This document shows, piece by piece, positions 27,441 through 32,864 of a stretch of 32,864 bases of DNA (position 1 is its first letter; each line of letters opens with the position of its first letter). The notes under the pieces were generated by a model. The model was not told the DNA's origin. It was given only the letters and a program-made list of their open reading frames with translations, and did not search any database. A program made the translations under genes and the position numbers. Source of the DNA: Candidatus Thermosaccharophagus tengchongensis (GTDB lineage Bacteria; Armatimonadota; Fervidibacteria; Fervidibacterales; Thermosaccharophagaceae); the NCBI GenBank assembly GCA_032161105.1, contig JAVHTD010000028.1; one strand, written 5' to 3'.

Positions 27441-29537
27441 ATGCTCCCAACCATTGAAGTTGGTGAACAGCAGCTCCACGATTTAGACCGAGCGATAAAA
27501 CTTGAGTGGCTTGAGACAAACGGCATTGGCGGTTATGCTTCATGCACTGCCGTTGGAGCGAATACAAGGCGTTATCACGCCCTCCTCGTCGCCTCACTTA
27601 AGCCGCCGAGACAAAGGATGGTGCTGCTTGCAAAGCTCTCCGAAAGCTTGTGGGTCAATGGCATTGAGTATCAACTTGACACTAACCTCTACCACCCGAA
27701 CGCCGTTCATCCGCAAGGCTATTGGCTGCTCAAGTCGTTTAAGCTCTCGCCATTTCCAACGATGCAGTTTGCCGTTGGAGGTGCAACTCTCACAAAGCAA
27801 ATCATCATGCCACACATGCGCAACAGCACGATTATCTCTTATAGACTTGATGCCCCAAAGGATGCCCTCATGAGGGTTCGCATATTCCTCAACGCACGCG
27901 ACCATCACCACATCACACGCTACGATGCCTCATGGCTTAGGGAAGCCGAATTAAGCGTGCTGTCTCGGTGCGTTCGCATCAAGGCGCGCTGGTATGCGCC
28001 GCCGCTAACAATATCGTTTACGCAAGGGCGCTTCATTGAGAGCCGTGATTGGTATTACAACTTCCGCTATCCAATCGAAGCCGAAAGGGGTTTGGAGGAT
28101 GCCGAGGACTTGCCCACAATCGGATACATTGAAGCCCGCCTTTCTCATGGCAAACCTTTGCACATCGTCGCTTCGGTTGACAGCCTTCATGCCGATGATG
28201 CTGAGGAGGTCATAAACGGTGAGCTTGAAAGGAGGGCAAGGCTGCTTAACACCATCCCGCACGAGAAGCTGCGAAGTTCGGTTGATGAGCTCACTCGCGC
28301 TCTCAACCTGGTGGAAGGCGAACAGCTTGACGCCGGCGATATTGGCAATCTCTCGGATTGCCTTCTTAGGAGGCTATGGCTCTCCTCCGACAGCTTCATT
28401 GTCAGGCGACCGGGTTCATTCACCTCTGTGATCGCTGGGTATCATTGGTTTGCCGATTGGGGAAGAGACGCAATGATATCGCTTCCCGGCTTAACTCTCG
28501 TTACAGGGCGATATCAATTGGCGAGGGATGTGCTCCTGCATTTTGGGGAGCACATGGATGGCGGAATCATACCCAACTTTTTCTCGGACGACGATATCCC
28601 AGCCTACAACACGGTTGATGCCTCCCTTTGGTTTGCGCATGCTGCCTATAGCTATCTCAGGCACACACGCGATTTCGGATTCATGCGCTCGTTCGTTTAC
28701 GAAAGGTTGCGCCAGTTGCTCCATTGGCACATTCACGGAACGCGGTTTGGGATAAAGGTTGATGACGATGGCTTGATTAGTTGGCACGCTGATGGCGTGG
28801 CGCTCACTTGGATGGATGCAAAGGTTGGTGGCGTTCCAATCACGCAGAGGCAGGGCAAGCCTGTTGAGGTAAACGCGCTGTGGCTGCACTTCTTGTGGTT
28901 TGCCTCACGCCTTTCCGAGGAGCTCAGGGACACGCCAACCAAAGCCATTTCCAAACGCCTTCATAAAATTGCGACTGAGTCATTTCACAAGCTGTTTTGG
29001 AATGAGGAGCTCGGCTGCCTTTACGATGTGGTGACCGATGATGGCGCCGATGCATCTGTGCGCCCAAATCAACTCATAGCTTTGATGCTTCCGAGCATTA
29101 AATTTGATGGGCACCGCGCCCACAGTATCCTCAGGATGGCTGCAAGGCATTTGCTGACACCTATGGGCTTAAGGACGCTTGCGCCGGATGACCACCGCTA
29201 CATCGGAAAATACATTGGCAATCAAGCTGCGAGGGATGCTGCATACCACAATGGCACTGTGTGGGCGTGGCTCCTTGGAGCGATGTGCACAGGCTATGCA
29301 AGATATAACGGGCGCTCAATCGGAGCACGCTTAACTGCGGCTAAGTGGCTCTATGGCATGCTCAGGCATCTGAAGGAGGCTGGCATCGGATACATCTCCG
29401 AGATCGCCGATGGTGATCCACCACACGCACCACGAGGGTGCATTGCACAGGCTTGGAGTATCGCCGAAATCCTGCGTTCACTCGTTGAGGATGTCTTCAA
29501 CATCCGAAAGCCAAAATTATGGGATGAGGATGATTGA
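27441..29537 (+). CDS. Glycogen debranching enzyme (amylo-alpha-1,6-glucosidase, GH133-like)
   Basis: EWLETNGIGGYA, IAGYHWFADWGRD, LTWMDAK, RPNQL, YHNGTVWAW and AQAWS. Confidence 0.93.
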   Translation: MLPTIEVGEQQLHDLDRAIKLEWLETNGIGGYASCTAVGANTRRYHALLVASLKPPRQRMVLLAKLSESLWVNGIEYQLDTNLYHPNAVHPQGYWLLKSFKLSPFPTMQFAVGGATLTKQIIMPHMRNSTIISYRLDAPKDALMRVRIFLNARDHHHITRYDASWLREAELSVLSRCVRIKARWYAPPLTISFTQGRFIESRDWYYNFRYPIEAERGLEDAEDLPTIGYIEARLSHGKPLHIVASVDSLHADDAEEVINGELERRARLLNTIPHEKLRSSVDELTRALNLVEGEQLDAGDIGNLSDCLLRRLWLSSDSFIVRRPGSFTSVIAGYHWFADWGRDAMISLPGLTLVTGRYQLARDVLLHFGEHMDGGIIPNFFSDDDIPAYNTVDASLWFAHAAYSYLRHTRDFGFMRSFVYERLRQLLHWHIHGTRFGIKVDDDGLISWHADGVALTWMDAKVGGVPITQRQGKPVEVNALWLHFLWFASRLSEELRDTPTKAISKRLHKIATESFHKLFWNEELGCLYDVVTDDGADASVRPNQLIALMLPSIKFDGHRAHSILRMAARHLLTPMGLRTLAPDDHRYIGKYIGNQAARDAAYHNGTVWAWLLGAMCTGYARYNGRSIGARLTAAKWLYGMLRHLKEAGIGYISEIADGDPPHAPRGCIAQAWSIAEILRSLVEDVFNIRKPKLWDEDD

Positions 29538-29571
29538 GGAGTAAGGTTGGCAGCGGCAAGGAGTGAAACTC

Positions 29572-32500
29572 ATGCGCTACATGAGGCATCTCATCGGGGC
29601 TTTCCTTCAGCAACTTGCGGTCTTGATTGGGTTGGGATGGCTTGTTGTCGGCGTTGCAATGCTGGTGATGAGTGAACATCCGAAGGCATCTCTAAGCGGC
29701 TCCGCTGTAAGTTCCGTCACAGGCAAGCCAATACCCAAAGCCTTCGTCAGGCTGCGCCTCGTGAAATCGTTGGACGGTAAAGGCTGCAGGGCATTTTTCA
29801 CACGGTGCAATGAGCATGGTGAGTTTTCATTCCGCTCAATACCAGCGGGAGTTTACGAGATTGAGGCTCACACATTGGCGCACTCGCTATCTCCAACTCA
29901 GCTTGAACTCAAAGAGGGTGCCGAGGAGAAAGTCACACTTGAGCTGTCACCGAGGGAGCCATGGATTCATTTCATATTGCCACAACGCACATTCATATGG
30001 GCTGAGCCGGTGCGCATCAAAGTGACCGGATTTGTGCTTGAGGATGAGATGACGCTGCGCTTGTGCGAAATTGACGCACAGAGCTTGCTCGCCTCCGGGA
30101 GGCGTGAAATGTTAGAGCAGATAATTGCACCATGGGAGAGCAGAGGCTGTGATGCCACATTGAGGGAGTTCCTAAACCGCTATAGCGGGGGTGTCCTCAT
30201 AAGCGATGTGCCGATAACTGGGCGTGATAGCGAGGGCATCTTCACGCAATATGTGGATGTGCCAGTCAAGCACAGCGGGATTTACCTCGTTGAATTATCG
30301 GCAGGCAAAGTGGAAGCCTTTACAAGCATCATCGTCACAAACATAGGGGCACTGGTCAAATGGGGTGGAGGGAGGGCTTTAGTTTATGTTTGTGACTTGC
30401 GGAGTGGCGCACCACTCCCCGGCGCAAGGGTGTTTGGCGCAGGCGGAGCAAATATGGGATTGAAGTTGCTCGGTGTCACCGGCAAGGATGGTGTGGCGCT
30501 CATTGATGCGAATAAACTCACCGATGAATCAGAGGCAACACTGTTCGTGAACTTTGATGGACAGTTATGCGTTGTAGGCTTCTATGGCGGCATGAGCTTG
30601 TCCCACAAATACAAGGTGCACATCTACACTGACCGCCCCGTGTATCGTCCCGGCGATGTCGTTTACTTCAAGGGGATTGTGAGGTTGCAAAGTGCCAATG
30701 GTTACATTGTTCCGAAGGCGACAAATGTTGAGCTTGAGTTTCGTGACCCGCGTGGGCACAGGATTTGGTCTGATGCGGCGCGCACAAACTCATTTGGAAC
30801 TTTTCACGGAAGCCTCGCTCTGCCACAGGAAATAGCCACTGGCGATGCTACAATTGCGGCGGCAATTGACGGCGAGCAGCATGAGTGCACGGTGAAAATT
30901 GCATCGTATCGGAAGCCGGAATTCACGGTCAAAGTGAAAGCGAAGCGAAAGGAGTATCTCCCAAACGAAGTTGCGCATGTTGACATTGAGGCTCAATACT
31001 ACTTTGGCGTGCCGGTAAGGGGTGCAAAAGTGCAATATGTCGTGCACCAAGTTGAGATGCCGGAGTGTGAGATGGTTGAGGGCGATAGCGCCGATGAAGG
31101 ATGGTGCGAGTGGGAAGAAGGTTATGGGAGCGAAGTGGCATCTGGGGAAACGGTGACCGATGGGAATGGCAGGGCAAGGATAAGCTTCAAGATGCTGTAT
31201 CCGAAGGAGTTGGCCCATGTCGCCATAAGCGGCGCAGGTGAAAAGGTGCAAGTTGTCAAGCCGGTGACATATCGCCATCTCGTTCGCATAAGCGTGACTG
31301 ACATTGGGCAGCGGGAAGTTGTGCAGGAGATTTCTTTGAATCTTCATCCGGCATCGCTTCGCCTGTCCATTGAGCCTCAAAGTCATCTTGTGAGTCCGAA
31401 TGAGCCTGTCAGAGTGAGCTTCAAAGTGACCGATTTGAGCGGTAAGCCAGTAAGCAGGGCGAGGATAGAAGCCGCGTTTGGGGAAGTGGTGTGGGAGTCA
31501 GATGAAAAGGGCAATTGGAGCTCATACCTTAAGCCGGTTAAAAGCATAACGCTGACCACATCGCAATTCGGCACCGCCACTTGCTCCGTCAAGCCAACGA
31601 GTGAAGGTGAGTGGTGCGTATACGCCATTGTTGAGGACGAAATGGGTTGGCGTAACGCCGATTCGGAATACATTTATGCTTGTGGCGGCGTGTTGTCGTT
31701 GCCGGCTGGTCGTATGGAGTCTGAGATAGAGCTTGTGCCGGCGAAGGATTCGTTTGCGGTTGGAGAGAGTGCAAGGGTATTGCTTCGCTCCGGGAAAAGG
31801 GATGCACATGTGCTCGTTACAGTTGAGGCAGAGCGTGTTTACCGCCATTGGGTCGTCAGGCTTGATGGGAAGCCGAAGTTAATTGAGTTTGATGTGCAAT
31901 GCAATTACATCCCCGGCGTTTGGATATGCGCGGCGCTTGTGGAATCAAAAAAGCTCTCCGAGGCGAAGGCGTTCATCGGCGTCTCAAGGGCTGCGAAGGA
32001 ATTGAAAGTCAGCTTACATCCGAGCAAGAGTCAATGTGCGCCGGGTGAGAGCATTGAATGGACTATTAAGGTGACAGACGAATCAGGTGAGCCAGTTAGA
32101 GCCGAGCTTTCGCTATCAGTTGTGGACGAGGCTATCTATGCGATAAAGGATGAGCCGTTGGATGAGTTAGTGAGGGCATTCTATGGGCGGAAGCAACATG
32201 AAGTTATGACGATTTGCTCTTTCCCCGAGCTATACATGCAGGCGAACAAAGCCGGTATAGCAAGCATACGGAAGCACTTCCCCGACACCGCATTTTGGGC
32301 GCCGTCACTTTACACCGATGAGAACGGCACAGCGCGCGTCAATGTGAAAATGCCGGATGCGATTACTACATGGCGAGCCACAGTCAAAGCGGTAACTGTG
32401 GATACATCACTCGGTGCTGCGCTCAGCAGGGTCATCGTAAATAAGCCATTGATGGTGCGCTTGCAGCTGCCACGCTTCCTCGTTGAGGGCGATGAAGTGA

Positions 32501-32864
32501 GCATTGTTGGTTTAGTCCACAACGAATCTGACCAGCGAAAGGATTTAACAGTGCGCCTATCATGCGATGGGTTGAATGTTGACGGCGATAATAAATGCCA
32601 TGTGGTGGTGAGACCGCATGGCGTTGCAAAACTTGCATGGAAAGCGAAGGCAACAAAGCATGGTTGTGCGAAGATCACCCTCAGTGCGGTGTCAAACGAC
32701 GGCTGCAGCGATGCCGTCCAAAGGCAATTGCAAGTGCTGCCGCTCGCTGTCCCATACACATTCACGAAGTCAGGTAGGTTAAATGCCGGTGAGACAAAGA
32801 GGCTCTCCCTTTTCATCCCAAGCGATGTGGTGAGGGATGTCGGTGAGCTCAAGATATTGCTTTC
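29572..32864 (+). CDS. Alpha-2-macroglobulin family protein, 3'-partial, with an N-terminal carboxypeptidase-regulatory-like domain
   Basis: ATG 29572 follows AAGGAGTGA and the frame appears open to the window end. MG2 motif YTDRPVYRPGDVVYFKG (~30625), YRKPEF, YYFGVPV, VDEAIY and RKHFPDTAFW...MPDAITTW. Absent from the ORF track, presumably because there is no stop in the window. Confidence 0.92.
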   Translation, partial: MRYMRHLIGAFLQQLAVLIGLGWLVVGVAMLVMSEHPKASLSGSAVSSVTGKPIPKAFVRLRLVKSLDGKGCRAFFTRCNEHGEFSFRSIPAGVYEIEAHTLAHSLSPTQLELKEGAEEKVTLELSPREPWIHFILPQRTFIWAEPVRIKVTGFVLEDEMTLRLCEIDAQSLLASGRREMLEQIIAPWESRGCDATLREFLNRYSGGVLISDVPITGRDSEGIFTQYVDVPVKHSGIYLVELSAGKVEAFTSIIVTNIGALVKWGGGRALVYVCDLRSGAPLPGARVFGAGGANMGLKLLGVTGKDGVALIDANKLTDESEATLFVNFDGQLCVVGFYGGMSLSHKYKVHIYTDRPVYRPGDVVYFKGIVRLQSANGYIVPKATNVELEFRDPRGHRIWSDAARTNSFGTFHGSLALPQEIATGDATIAAAIDGEQHECTVKIASYRKPEFTVKVKAKRKEYLPNEVAHVDIEAQYYFGVPVRGAKVQYVVHQVEMPECEMVEGDSADEGWCEWEEGYGSEVASGETVTDGNGRARISFKMLYPKELAHVAISGAGEKVQVVKPVTYRHLVRISVTDIGQREVVQEISLNLHPASLRLSIEPQSHLVSPNEPVRVSFKVTDLSGKPVSRARIEAAFGEVVWESDEKGNWSSYLKPVKSITLTTSQFGTATCSVKPTSEGEWCVYAIVEDEMGWRNADSEYIYACGGVLSLPAGRMESEIELVPAKDSFAVGESARVLLRSGKRDAHVLVTVEAERVYRHWVVRLDGKPKLIEFDVQCNYIPGVWICAALVESKKLSEAKAFIGVSRAAKELKVSLHPSKSQCAPGESIEWTIKVTDESGEPVRAELSLSVVDEAIYAIKDEPLDELVRAFYGRKQHEVMTICSFPELYMQANKAGIASIRKHFPDTAFWAPSLYTDENGTARVNVKMPDAITTWRATVKAVTVDTSLGAALSRVIVNKPLMVRLQLPRFLVEGDEVSIVGLVHNESDQRKDLTVRLSCDGLNVDGDNKCHVVVRPHGVAKLAWKAKATKHGCAKITLSAVSNDGCSDAVQRQLQVLPLAVPYTFTKSGRLNAGETKRLSLFIPSDVVRDVGELKILL

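Noticed and set aside
30565..32852. Several minus-strand ORFs of up to 198 aa
   Set aside because: All are antisense to the alpha-2-macroglobulin frame, which carries clear family motifs.

Overview
Bacterial genomic window with two parts. (1) Bases 1-~5150 are a visibly more AT-rich, all-plus-strand accessory block built like a polymorphic toxin/effector cassette array. A 5'-partial gene has an FlgD-Ig-like N-terminal region ending in HKVKPALEVNAK, followed by a zinc-metalloprotease-like C-terminal domain. Next is an exported HEAT-repeat partner split by a 1-nt frameshift. Then comes an apparently start-less orphan cassette that repeats the HKVKPALE(V/M)NAK junction (37/39 nt identical) but carries an unrelated caspase-fold (DUF6345-like) C-terminal domain, followed by an exported beta-propeller-like partner. 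The block ends at a GTAG-type REP doublet. (2) Bases ~5270-32864 look like core genome: DUF4380-like protein, flippase-like membrane protein, Gfo/Idh/MocA oxidoreductase, alpha/beta hydrolase, a large glycoside-hydrolase-like secreted protein, panE, a PrsA-like foldase, the DUF2752-rsmD-coaD-coiled-coil cluster, mpg, yajC, a CPBP protease, DUF6599/DUF362, a galT-like / sensor kinase / response regulator / glgC / debranching-enzyme cluster, and a 3'-partial alpha-2-macroglobulin gene that the ORF track missed. I saw no rRNA, tRNA, CRISPR array or transposase. Family calls come from motif recognition only; no database searches were run.
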